This document shows, piece by piece, positions 9,100-17,797 of a stretch of DNA of 64,000 nucleotides. The notes beneath the pieces are model-generated. The model saw nothing but the letters and a program-made list of their open reading frames with translations, was not told where the DNA came from and searched no databases. The DNA is from Anaerolineales bacterium (GTDB taxonomy: Bacteria > Chloroflexota > Anaerolineae > Anaerolineales > Villigracilaceae), in contig JADGQC010000001.1 in assembly GCA_017882125.1 (NCBI GenBank), forward strand, positions 12,149 through 76,148, written 5' to 3'. The number at the start of each line of letters is the position of its first letter. The first letter of the stretch is position 1. The translations under genes and the position numbers were made by a program.

Positions 9100-9588
9100 C
9101 TACCCGATCTTATATCCGATTTTTCGCAGGAACCCTTTTCGCCAGGTGATCCCCTCTTCGTCTTCAACCCCCTTGGGGGAGGAGCCGTCCACCACGCCCA
9201 GAATGCCGCGTCCCAATTCCGTCCCGGCGACCAGCACTTCGGTTGGGTTGGCGGTGGCGCAGAAGATCCGGCAGACTTCCGGTGTATTCTGGATGGCTTT
9301 CAATACATTAACCGGGAAGAACCCGCCCCCGAGGAACACAATGAACGAATGACCGGCGCCTATGGCGAGCGCATTCTTTTTGGCAAGTGCGATCATCGCT
9401 TCATCGGTGCCCGACCAGCGCACCAGGCATTTGCCTGAAGCCTCGCAAAAGGCGAGACCGAATTTGATACCGGGGACGGAGTTGACCAATGCTTCATGCA
9501 CATCCTCGACAGTCTTTATGAAATGCGATTGCCCGAGGATAAAGTTGATATCTTCAGGCTTTTCGATCTTGACCGTGGTAATTTCCAT
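9100..9588 (-). CDS. Adenosine-specific kinase family protein (PF04008-like)
   Basis: 162 aa. GQSHFIKTVEDVHEAL...FGLAFCEASG...GAGHSFIVFL resembles this small conserved family. Confidence 0.55.
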   Translation of the reverse strand: MEITTVKIEKPEDINFILGQSHFIKTVEDVHEALVNSVPGIKFGLAFCEASGKCLVRWSGTDEAMIALAKKNALAIGAGHSFIVFLGGGFFPVNVLKAIQNTPEVCRIFCATANPTEVLVAGTELGRGILGVVDGSSPKGVEDEEGITWRKGFLRKIGYKIG

Positions 9589-9663
9589 GGCACCCTCCAG
9601 GTAAATATTATTTTTGGCTAATCATTCGTTACGAAACTTAAAAGTGCAGCAACAAGATCCGCA

Positions 9664-10218
9664 TTACTTTTTCTCGAAAAACACGAGCAGGGTACTGCCG
9701 TATTTTCTCTGGTCAAACTCCCGAAGGTGTTTTAGTTCCAGTTCCTGGTATTCCCGCGGGTGAATTTGAACGATGACTTCGGGATCTTCCCCCAGCCAGC
9801 CGGGATTGGCATCCAGCAGCACCATCGCTTTAGACCACATCTCCTTGTATTGGGGTGGAGCAATGTAGACGTAATCGAAGGTGCGGTCGGGCGGGGCGGA
9901 TAACATGGCAAATGCATCTCCTCGCCGGGTTTCAGATTGTGAAGTGAAGCCGGTGGATTCCAGGTTGGCCTTGATGGTCTCGATTGGGAGCCGGTTCAAC
10001 TCGGAGAAACGAACGAAGGCTGCGCCGCGGCTTAAGGCTTCGATACCTACCGCGCCGGTCCCGCCAAACAGGTCCCACCAGGTTGAGTCCAGCACATCTC
10101 CCGCTAGGATATCGAACAAGGCTTCCTTGACCATGTCCGTCACGGGGCGGGTGGTGTCTCCGGGGACATCTTTCAACTTGCGCCCCCTGGCAGTACCTGA
10201 AATAACGCGCAGGCTCAT
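9664..10218 (-). CDS. rsmD: 16S rRNA (guanine966-N2)-methyltransferase RsmD
   Basis: 184 aa. ISGTARGRKL...TRPVTDMVKEALFDIL...DLFGGTGAVGIEALSRGA is the typical RsmD N-terminus. Confidence 0.85.
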   Translation of the reverse strand: MSLRVISGTARGRKLKDVPGDTTRPVTDMVKEALFDILAGDVLDSTWWDLFGGTGAVGIEALSRGAAFVRFSELNRLPIETIKANLESTGFTSQSETRRGDAFAMLSAPPDRTFDYVYIAPPQYKEMWSKAMVLLDANPGWLGEDPEVIVQIHPREYQELELKHLREFDQRKYGSTLLVFFEKK

Positions 10219-11204
10219 TCAGAACCTTCAACGATTTGTCGGGCGGAGACCAGGTTCCCGTGGGGAGCTATGACCGGGACAACGCAGCCGGTGCCGAGCA
10301 TGAACCTGCGACCCCCCGTCTGGAAGATGGCATCCATTGCTTCTTTCCGGACCGCGGACCTGTCCCCCAAAACGATCGTGTTTTGACTGATCCCACCACA
10401 GGCTACACCCATGTAATTTTTAAGCCCATCTGCAAGACTGGGTCCGGTTTCACGGTCGTGCCAGTTGACGATCTGACAAGGATATTCCCCAGCCAGGGTG
10501 AAATAGACATTGTCGCCATGCAGATGGAGCAGGTTACACCACAATTCCCGGGCAGGTTCGAGGATCTGCATATCAAAGGGGAGGCCGAATTTTCGGTATT
10601 CTTCCAGGGATAGAAGCCCGGCCTGGGCGTGCTGCACGGCGTAAAAGATCCCATCCAGCCCGGTTTCCACGCATGCTTCCACGAAACGGCGGGTTGTCTC
10701 GGCAATGGTTTCGAGTCCTTTTAGCACGGCTTCCGGGTGCGTGCGCAGATGGACGACCACGCGCTCGCCTCCGGCCAGGTTTTTTGCCTGGGCAAGGGGA
10801 CTGAAAATGGTCTGCAGGAGCGGCGTTTCAGGGTTCAGATCGGCGCGGATCATTCGCAGGCAGATCAACTGATTGGCAAGGAACGTCGACGAGGGGGAGA
10901 GCACCTTTAGGTGTTCCCAATCCTGTGGCTTCTCAATCACATGCCTGGTATACCGGCGGGTTCCCTCGGTGTGACCTTCCCAAACATCTTCAGCTCCCCA
11001 GTCTTTTATGGAAAAAGAAGAGGCAGGCGTTACTTTTACCAGGTCGAAATCGTAATGCCTTTGGAAATCCAGGGTGGCGGCAGCCAGGGTTGCGGGGTCC
11101 TGGTCGTCCACCGGGAAATGGCGCCATAAGGCTACAGGCGGTCGGTCAAGTGTATTGTCATCGGCAAGACAGGCTTGCATGCGTTCGCGGTGAGTCAGGG
11201 TCAT
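10215..11204 (-). CDS. Uroporphyrinogen decarboxylase (URO-D) family protein, MtaA/CmuA-like
   Basis: 329 aa with a URO-D-like fold signature (PVALWRHFP N-terminus, HLHG, GTGCV near the C-terminus). 4-nt overlap with rsmD. Confidence 0.55.
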   Translation of the reverse strand: MTLTHRERMQACLADDNTLDRPPVALWRHFPVDDQDPATLAAATLDFQRHYDFDLVKVTPASSFSIKDWGAEDVWEGHTEGTRRYTRHVIEKPQDWEHLKVLSPSSTFLANQLICLRMIRADLNPETPLLQTIFSPLAQAKNLAGGERVVVHLRTHPEAVLKGLETIAETTRRFVEACVETGLDGIFYAVQHAQAGLLSLEEYRKFGLPFDMQILEPARELWCNLLHLHGDNVYFTLAGEYPCQIVNWHDRETGPSLADGLKNYMGVACGGISQNTIVLGDRSAVRKEAMDAIFQTGGRRFMLGTGCVVPVIAPHGNLVSARQIVEGSE

Positions 11205-11280
11205 AATATTATTTAAATGAGTCTATTAATGGCTTCAACTTTTCTGGATTATAGCCCGGTTCTTGTCAGGAATTGGATTC

Positions 11281-12090
11281 CTACACCGGGTTTTCTTTTT
11301 GGCGCAACAATTCCCGCAGGCTGGATTGCATTTCCGGCGACAAACCCGCCAGGATCCTTCGAAAAGTCCGAAGCATGAGCGGAGCAGGGTTATCATGGGT
11401 GATTTCCCGCAGGAAGACCATGGTCTCGGTCAGGGATACCCGCTCCAATGTGGCGAGACAGGCTTGCAGCTCCAGTTGAGTGGTCGGCCCAGCAGATTGC
11501 ACAGCCGGTTTTAGAATGCGGAAGACTGCCGGGAGGTTTTCAAAATTGGGATCCTGCAGCATGGAGATAAGAGCCCGCAATCCCCACACACGCAATGTTG
11601 TGCGCGGGGATTTCAGCCAATCTTCGAGCAGGGTAAAAAGCGCTTCCGGGTTCTCCCGGCGCAGGCGGGAGAAAGAATCACTTAGCAGCGCATTGAGAAT
11701 TTGTTTGTCTTTCGATTGGGCAAGCCAATCAGGCAGTTTTAAAAGGGTGGGGTTGGACTGGTTAAGGGGAATGCAGCCTAACAAGGATGCTGCCAGTAGG
11801 CGCGACTCCAGCGAACCGGCCTTCCATAGAGCATTGGTGAGTGCAACAGCTTCAAGCGGATGGGATTCAGCCAGTGGTTCAAGCTCTCCCTGGATTTGAC
11901 GCAAAACAGGTGAGGGGGTCCGGTAAGTCGGAAGGGAAAATCTACTTGCCGTTTGCGTGGAACGAAGGGTGCGGTTGGTATAAAAATCCAACATTTCGTT
12001 CAAATCGCGCACGAAAGCTTCCGGGTCGCTGAATTTTTCCGATAGCCGGGAAGCCTGGGTCTTGAGGCGCGCGAGGTTTATGGCGGGCAT
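11281..12090 (-). CDS. HEAT-repeat protein, possibly AlkD-like DNA alkylation repair protein
   Basis: 269 aa, all-helical repeat character, with a resemblance to the PF08713 family. Weak assignment. Confidence 0.35.
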   Translation of the reverse strand: MPAINLARLKTQASRLSEKFSDPEAFVRDLNEMLDFYTNRTLRSTQTASRFSLPTYRTPSPVLRQIQGELEPLAESHPLEAVALTNALWKAGSLESRLLAASLLGCIPLNQSNPTLLKLPDWLAQSKDKQILNALLSDSFSRLRRENPEALFTLLEDWLKSPRTTLRVWGLRALISMLQDPNFENLPAVFRILKPAVQSAGPTTQLELQACLATLERVSLTETMVFLREITHDNPAPLMLRTFRRILAGLSPEMQSSLRELLRQKENPV

Positions 12091-12124
12091 GGGAGGAAAA
12101 ATCCAAGTAGAAAACTATTCAGAC

Positions 12125-13933
12125 TCAGGTTTTAAATGGGACCGGTATGACTTTCGAAGTAATTTCTTCCTGCAGGGATTGTATCACCGACCGCAGGCGG
12201 GCTTCGATTTCCCCGAGCGGGATGATGTCCTTAGTGGGTTGGTGACGCAGTTTGAGCTCCACCCCGCCCTGCGCTAGTGCCCGCTCGCTGATGGTAATGC
12301 GCACAGGGATGCCGATCAGGTCTGCGTCATTGAACTTGACGCCGGGGCTTTCCTCACGGTCGTCATATAGGACTTCAATGCCGGCTGTCTGCAGTTCGGA
12401 ATATAGTTTTTCTGCTGTCGTTTTGGCCTGGGGATTTCCTTTTCCGCGCAGAAGAACAAGGTGCACCTGGAAGGGGGCGACCGTAATCGGCCAGATCAAT
12501 CCATGCTCGTCGTGATGCGCCTCTGCCACACATGCCAGCAGGCGGCCCACGCCGATCCCGTATGAACCCATGATGACCGGTTTCTGTGCACCATCCTGGT
12601 CCAGGAAAGTGCACCCAAGAGCATCCGAATAGCGTGTGCCCAACTTGAAAATATTTCCCACTTCCACGCCGCGCTCCATGTGTAATGGAGACCTGCATTC
12701 CGGACAAGCCGCGCCTTCGCCCGCGGCCGCGATGTCGGTGACGAGGTCGGCGGCATAATCGCGTGGATAATTGGTGTTCAAGAGGTGGTAGCCGCTTTCG
12801 TTTGCCCCGGCCACCAGGTTGGGGCTGGAGGGAATGGAATCATCCAGGACTACCTTTAACCTAACCCGCTCCTCCCCTTGTGCCGAAAGCGGAACCGGGT
12901 TGAGCGTAATTGGCGACGCGAATCCCGGGACAGCGCCGGTGGACTTGATCTCCTCCTCGGTGGCAGGACGAAGATCGCGTGCCCCGATGGCGTTGGCGAG
13001 TTTGGTCTCGTTCAAGTCCATATCACCGCGGATGACCGCGAAAATGAATTGTTCGGTCACATCCTGCCCTTCCGGGATGGAGGCCATAAAGAACACGGCC
13101 TTGGCGGTTTTGGACTTTGGCACACCCAGGAAGGTCGCCAGGTCGTCGATGGTTTTACAGTCCGGGGTGGGCACTTTCTCGATGGGTTTCATTTCTTCCG
13201 GCGCGGCTGTGTTCTTGTGGAAGCGCGCCACCTGGCGGTTGGCGGTATAGCCGCAATGGCTGCAGAGTAAAAGAGTGTCCTCGCCAATTGCAGTAAGAAA
13301 TATAAATTCATGCGCCATTTTTCCGCCCATCATCCCTGAGTCGGATTTGACCGCGACCACGTTCAGGCCACAGCGGTGGTAGATGTTGAAATAGGCCTGG
13401 AAGTGGGCACGGTACTGTTTATCGAGACCCTCCCAGTCGGCATCCAGGCTGTAGCTATCCTTCATGGTGAACTCACGCACGCGGATCAAGCCTGCCCGCG
13501 GGCGCGGGTCATCCCGCCACTTGGTCTGGATGTGGTAAACCAGGCGCGGCAGTTGTTTGTACGACTGAATTTCGCGCCGCACCAGGTCAGCCACCACTTC
13601 CTCGTGGGTCATGGCGAGCACCATATCGTGGTCGTTCTTATCCTTGAAACGTCCCATCTCCGAGCCGATCTGGTACCAGCGCCCGGTCTCCTTCCAGTTC
13701 TCGGCCGGCTGGACGACCGGCATCGATATCTCCTGCCCGCCAATCCTGTCCATTTCGTCGCGCAGGATTGCTTCGATCTTCATCATCGAGCGTTTGGCCA
13801 GATGCAGGGTCGTAAAGATCCCTGCCCCGAGCGGACGGATGAACCCGGCGCGCATCAACAAACTATGACTGGCAACTTCCGCTTCCGCGGGGTCGTCGCG
13901 CAGGGTTTGACCGAATAGTTGAGATAACTTCAT
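12125..13933 (-). CDS. proS: Prolyl-tRNA synthetase, bacterial type with inserted editing (INS) domain
   Basis: The listed 642-aa ORF is trimmed to ATG 13933 (MKLSQLFGQTLRDDPAEAEVASHSLLMRAGFIRPLGAGIF), preceded by GGGGAGGAA. Class II motifs, an INS domain region and a C-terminal anticodon-binding domain are present. Confidence 0.9.
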   Translation of the reverse strand: MKLSQLFGQTLRDDPAEAEVASHSLLMRAGFIRPLGAGIFTTLHLAKRSMMKIEAILRDEMDRIGGQEISMPVVQPAENWKETGRWYQIGSEMGRFKDKNDHDMVLAMTHEEVVADLVRREIQSYKQLPRLVYHIQTKWRDDPRPRAGLIRVREFTMKDSYSLDADWEGLDKQYRAHFQAYFNIYHRCGLNVVAVKSDSGMMGGKMAHEFIFLTAIGEDTLLLCSHCGYTANRQVARFHKNTAAPEEMKPIEKVPTPDCKTIDDLATFLGVPKSKTAKAVFFMASIPEGQDVTEQFIFAVIRGDMDLNETKLANAIGARDLRPATEEEIKSTGAVPGFASPITLNPVPLSAQGEERVRLKVVLDDSIPSSPNLVAGANESGYHLLNTNYPRDYAADLVTDIAAAGEGAACPECRSPLHMERGVEVGNIFKLGTRYSDALGCTFLDQDGAQKPVIMGSYGIGVGRLLACVAEAHHDEHGLIWPITVAPFQVHLVLLRGKGNPQAKTTAEKLYSELQTAGIEVLYDDREESPGVKFNDADLIGIPVRITISERALAQGGVELKLRHQPTKDIIPLGEIEARLRSVIQSLQEEITSKVIPVPFKT

Positions 13934-13995
13934 GGGATTCCTCCCCAACCGCTGGAAGCGGCCATCCTGGGAATCAAATTGCGTCCCAATGGAGA

Positions 13996-15435
13996 TTAAT
14001 ATGCTTTGGCGAAATAGACCTTGTGTTGGGCATCCTGTCCGCACACGATGCATTTTCCGGGACCTTCATCGCCTCCCAGCGGCATGCAGCGCGTGGTGGC
14101 TTTGGTGTCTTCCTTGACCTTCTTCTCACATTCAGGAGACTCACACCAATAAGAATATGCCCAACCGTGCTGCACCACCTCGGTCAATTCGGCATAATCT
14201 TTCGGGTCAAAGATATGGCTGTCGCGAAATGCCGTGGCGCGTTCCAGCATGGACTTCTGGATATCCACCAATAGATCGGCAACCGCCACCGGAAGCCCGG
14301 CCTGCGGCAGGAAGGATTTACCTTCTTTTCCGGGCTTGTCACGTCTTGCCACGGCTACCGTACCTTTTTCAATGTCCTTGGGACCGATCTCAACGCGCAA
14401 GGGCACGCCGCGCATCTCCCAGTCGTTGAACTTGAAACCGGGCGTGACCTCGGAGCGGTCATCCACCTTGACCCGGATGCCGGCTGCCTTGAGTGCGGCC
14501 TGGACGCGTTGAACGGCTTCCTTAACGCTGGCAGCCTCTGACTCCGTTTTGAAGATCGGGATGATGACAACCTGGAAAGGCGCAAGGCGGGGCGGCAGGA
14601 TCAATCCCTGGTCATCTCCGTGGGTCATGATAATGGCACCGATAAAACGGGTGGAAAGACCCCACGAGGTCGTCCAGGCATACTGGAGGGAGTTGTTAAC
14701 ATCCAGGTACTGGATGTTGAAGGCTTTGGCGAAGTTCTGCGCCAGGAAATGCGAGGTGCCGGCTTGCAGGGCGCGCGTGTCCTGCATCATGGCCTCGATG
14801 GAGGCGGACAAATTTGCCCCGGCAAATTTCTCGGCCTGTGACTTGACCCCCTTGATGACCGGTACAGCGCCCTCATTAATGGCAAAGTCGGCGTAAACAT
14901 CCAGCATGCGCTGGGTCTCCTCCCTGGCTTCCTGCTCGGTGGCATGGGCGGTGTGACCTTCCTGCCAGTAGAATTCGAGTGTGCGCAGGAACAGCCGCGT
15001 GCGCAGCTCCCAACGGACAACGTTGCCCCACTGGTTGATGAGCACCGGCAGGTCGCGGTACGATTTGATCCATTTGGAATACATGTAGCCGATAATGGTC
15101 TCGGAAGTGGGGCGTATCACCAGCGGCTCTTCGAGTTTTTCCCCGCCGCCTATCGTCACAACTGCCAGTTCGGGCGAGAAGCCCTGCACATGTTCCTTTT
15201 CTTTTTCGAGGAACGACATGGGGATAAGCAGCGGGAAGGCGGCATTGACATGCCCGGTATCCTTGAAGCGCCTGTCGAGCGCCTGCTGGATGTTTTCCCA
15301 GAGCGCCCACCCATATGGGCGGACGATCATACAGCCGCGCACGGGGGCGTAGTCGGCCATTTCAGCGCGCATGACGATCTGGTTGTACCATTCGGAAAAG
15401 TCAACATTGCGGGGGGTTAATTTTTCTTCAGACAT
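13996..15435 (-). CDS. proS: Prolyl-tRNA synthetase, archaeal/eukaryote-like type (no INS domain, C-terminal Zn-binding domain ending in Tyr)
   Basis: 479 aa. FSEWYNQIVMRAEMADYAPVRGCMIVRPYGWALWENIQ; a C-terminal Cys cluster CESPECE...CIVCG; terminal ...FAKAY. Confidence 0.85.
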   Translation of the reverse strand: MSEEKLTPRNVDFSEWYNQIVMRAEMADYAPVRGCMIVRPYGWALWENIQQALDRRFKDTGHVNAAFPLLIPMSFLEKEKEHVQGFSPELAVVTIGGGEKLEEPLVIRPTSETIIGYMYSKWIKSYRDLPVLINQWGNVVRWELRTRLFLRTLEFYWQEGHTAHATEQEAREETQRMLDVYADFAINEGAVPVIKGVKSQAEKFAGANLSASIEAMMQDTRALQAGTSHFLAQNFAKAFNIQYLDVNNSLQYAWTTSWGLSTRFIGAIIMTHGDDQGLILPPRLAPFQVVIIPIFKTESEAASVKEAVQRVQAALKAAGIRVKVDDRSEVTPGFKFNDWEMRGVPLRVEIGPKDIEKGTVAVARRDKPGKEGKSFLPQAGLPVAVADLLVDIQKSMLERATAFRDSHIFDPKDYAELTEVVQHGWAYSYWCESPECEKKVKEDTKATTRCMPLGGDEGPGKCIVCGQDAQHKVYFAKAY

Positions 15436-15448
15436 GAATTCCTCATAT

Positions 15449-15979
15449 TTAAGAATTTAACATTGTGACAGCTGATTTAACATCCGGCGCAAATTGAATC
15501 AGGTCACGCTGATTCTGCGGGATATAAACGTCAAATGAGACGGTAAACGCGGCCATTAACATTCTCCAGCCGGTTCCGATTAATATCAGCGGCTTGGGCT
15601 GAATGGAGCGGACGATCATCAGGTTCCAGGTAAGAGCGATCTCGGTCAGCGTACCCGGGCCCCCTGGAAGGGCGACGGCGGCGTCACACGCTTTGACCAA
15701 TTCGTTCAGGCGTTCCTGCATGGTTGCAAAGCGGCGTTCCTCCTGCACCCAGGCATTTGGTTTCACTGCCCGCCAGGCTTCGATGTCTGCGCAGGTCACG
15801 CCGATGACATGTCCTCCGGCTTCAGCCGCACCCCGGCTGACCGCTTCCATCGTGCCGATGTAGCCGCCCGTCAGGACGGTATGCCCGGCTTGGGCAAGCA
15901 AATTGCCGAGTTCATAAGCCTCCTTATATGTGGAGGAAGCCGGTTGAGGTTGAGAGCCGCCAAACACTGAAACATTCAT
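15449..15979 (-). CDS. LOG/TIGR00730-family Rossmann protein (lysine-decarboxylase-like; nucleotide phosphoribohydrolase family)
   Basis: MNVSVFGGS..., GHTVLTGGYIGTMEAVSRGA and PGGPGTLTEI motifs. Start set at ATG 15979; the TTG at 16024 in the track would overlap the upstream stop. Confidence 0.7.
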   Translation of the reverse strand: MNVSVFGGSQPQPASSTYKEAYELGNLLAQAGHTVLTGGYIGTMEAVSRGAAEAGGHVIGVTCADIEAWRAVKPNAWVQEERRFATMQERLNELVKACDAAVALPGGPGTLTEIALTWNLMIVRSIQPKPLILIGTGWRMLMAAFTVSFDVYIPQNQRDLIQFAPDVKSAVTMLNS

Positions 15980-16020
15980 GATTGCATTCCTGAAGATATA
16001 AGATCCGCCAGTCAGGCGAC

Positions 16021-16344
16021 TCAACTGACAATATTCGTCTTATCCCCATCCCATTTTCGGGAAGCGTTAATTTCGAGTTTTTTTAAAATGGCTTGCTCCA
16101 GGTCGATCCCGGAAACCGTTGCCAGTTGCATCAGGTAAAGGGCCACATCTGCAAGTTCGCTGGCGAAATCATCCTTGTCCTTGAGCTCGTCCTGCCACTG
16201 GAAATGTTCCAGCACTTCGTTGGCTTCCAGCGAAAGGGAGATGGCCAGGTTACGGGGGGTCTGCGGACGTTTACTGCCGGCCTCATACCAGCCATTGGAA
16301 TTGACAAATGCATGCATCTTCTTGGTCAGATCTTTCAGATCCAT
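16021..16344 (-). CDS. MazG-like nucleoside triphosphate pyrophosphohydrolase (single-domain)
   Basis: 107 aa. EANEVLEHFQW and ELADVALYLMQLA helices are typical of the MazG/all-alpha NTP-PPase fold. Confidence 0.7.
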   Translation of the reverse strand: MDLKDLTKKMHAFVNSNGWYEAGSKRPQTPRNLAISLSLEANEVLEHFQWQDELKDKDDFASELADVALYLMQLATVSGIDLEQAILKKLEINASRKWDGDKTNIVS

Positions 16345-16410
16345 TGGGCGATCCTTCCCTCTTGATCACATGTTGCTGCCTGTGCCCCGTCCTTGGTCCA
16401 GCGATCAACA

Positions 16411-16440
16411 TAAAGCGGCTCCTCAAGTCTGGGAGCCGCC
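16411..16440 (-). terminator. Hairpin terminator after the membrane protein gene
   Basis: gcggctcc/ggagccgc form an 8-bp stem. The minus strand is followed by TTTATGTT. Confidence 0.45.
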
Positions 16441-16538
16441 GGTGTACGTGACGAATTAATCCTTACCAGACCTGGTGGATTGTGACTAGCTGGGGGCCGG
16501 GAGCGGGTTCAACTTCATCCTGCAGATTATACCTGATT

Positions 16539-17321
16539 TCATTCGGCGGGGATGCGATTTCGGTTGAAAATCCCCGGTGCAATAAAGGTCACTGCGCTCA
16601 CGCATATGGCTGCGGCTGATGCCAGCAGATACGTCCACTCCAGGGATATGTGAGTTAACAAATTGCCCGCGACAAGGAAAAATGCAGTGTAAGCCAGGGA
16701 ACCAAAAACAATGCCGCGCAACAAACGCGTAGCTGCATCCGGGCCTTGCTGGCGATGCGTAAAGGCGGTAATGATGGTGCCGAAAACCGGAAACGGTGCG
16801 ATCAAGCCGCTCAGATGCGGTCCCAGGGCGTTGGCGAAAGTCGTCAGGGTGATAACGAATGTGGCTGCAAGCAGCATGCGGGCGGGCAGGTCCCACCTGG
16901 GAGGGGTGGTGGGCAGAATGACGGCGGTACTCCTGGGCATCAGCCACAGGACTAGGCAGATGACGATTCCCAGGACGGCAACGGCCGGCAGCAGTGTTAA
17001 TGTGATCTGGTTCCAAATAAAGGTGGAGAGCAGAAATGAGGCTATGGATATGATGGTACATGGGATCCAGCCATGTTTTTGGGCTGACAGGCTGTATGCC
17101 AGGCAGAAGATGCATACCGAGGCTTGGCCTGCAAGGTTGCCTGAAGCAGACCGAGCCGCAAATGCAGCCCCGTATTGTATGGCGAGGAAAACCGATATTG
17201 GCGCAGAGGTGAGCGGCAAACCCATTAGCAGGCCGCTGACGGTCGGGCCCCATTTGCGGCCGGCCAGGGTGACCATTCCAATAAAGAAAGGTGTGACGAT
17301 TAATTTAAAGGCCAGGATCAT
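16539..17321 (-). CDS. Polytopic membrane protein of unknown function
   Basis: The listed 312-aa ORF is trimmed to ATG 17321 (MILAFKLIVTPFFIGMVTLAG...). About 8 hydrophobic helices. Overlaps the upstream gene by 17 nt. Confidence 0.6.
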   Translation of the reverse strand: MILAFKLIVTPFFIGMVTLAGRKWGPTVSGLLMGLPLTSAPISVFLAIQYGAAFAARSASGNLAGQASVCIFCLAYSLSAQKHGWIPCTIISIASFLLSTFIWNQITLTLLPAVAVLGIVICLVLWLMPRSTAVILPTTPPRWDLPARMLLAATFVITLTTFANALGPHLSGLIAPFPVFGTIITAFTHRQQGPDAATRLLRGIVFGSLAYTAFFLVAGNLLTHISLEWTYLLASAAAICVSAVTFIAPGIFNRNRIPAE

Positions 17322-17763
17322 AAGCTGCAATGCATGCAAGTACCCGTGTTGAGTGATCCACGGAACGGTTCCCCTCCCGCATCCAATCATCCGACATGGG
17401 GAAATAGGTCGATCTGCTAACCCTTGCACCGAAATCCCACAACCCGTCAGGTGTGCGTTGTTTCCACAACCAAGCATATGCCCCTTGCGAAACTGCCCCC
17501 TGGCTTTGAAAGCGAGAAAGGATTTCCAGCGATTCCAACCAATGGAAAATATGGAATGGTTCCGGACGCTGCCCGGCCGCCAGTTCCCTCACCCAGGGAC
17601 GGGAAAATACATCTGTGCGGGATTTTTCCAGGTCAGCACTTCCCTGCGGCAGATGCAGCACATCCCTCAGGATTCGCTGGCGGACGATCGCATTCGGTCG
17701 GTGTTCCAGGAGAGTTTTCCCAAGCGATTCGACCTGCGATCTGGTAAAAACGGGACTTTCCAT
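17305..17763 (-). CDS. Hypothetical protein
   Basis: 152-aa ORF with ordinary composition. A WKQRTPDGLWDFG segment is reminiscent of prenyltransferase/terpene-cyclase repeats, but the match is not diagnostic. Confidence 0.45.
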   Translation of the reverse strand: MESPVFTRSQVESLGKTLLEHRPNAIVRQRILRDVLHLPQGSADLEKSRTDVFSRPWVRELAAGQRPEPFHIFHWLESLEILSRFQSQGAVSQGAYAWLWKQRTPDGLWDFGARVSRSTYFPMSDDWMREGNRSVDHSTRVLACIAAYDPGL

Positions 17764-17797
17764 ATGCTACAATTATAACGATATCCGCGAGGCTGCC

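Noticed and set aside
16486-17352. Alternative long ORFs (16486..17253 minus, 16711..17352 plus) overlapping the membrane protein gene
   Set aside because: Their translations are Pro/Arg/His-rich and non-protein-like. The chosen frame gives regular hydrophobic helices.
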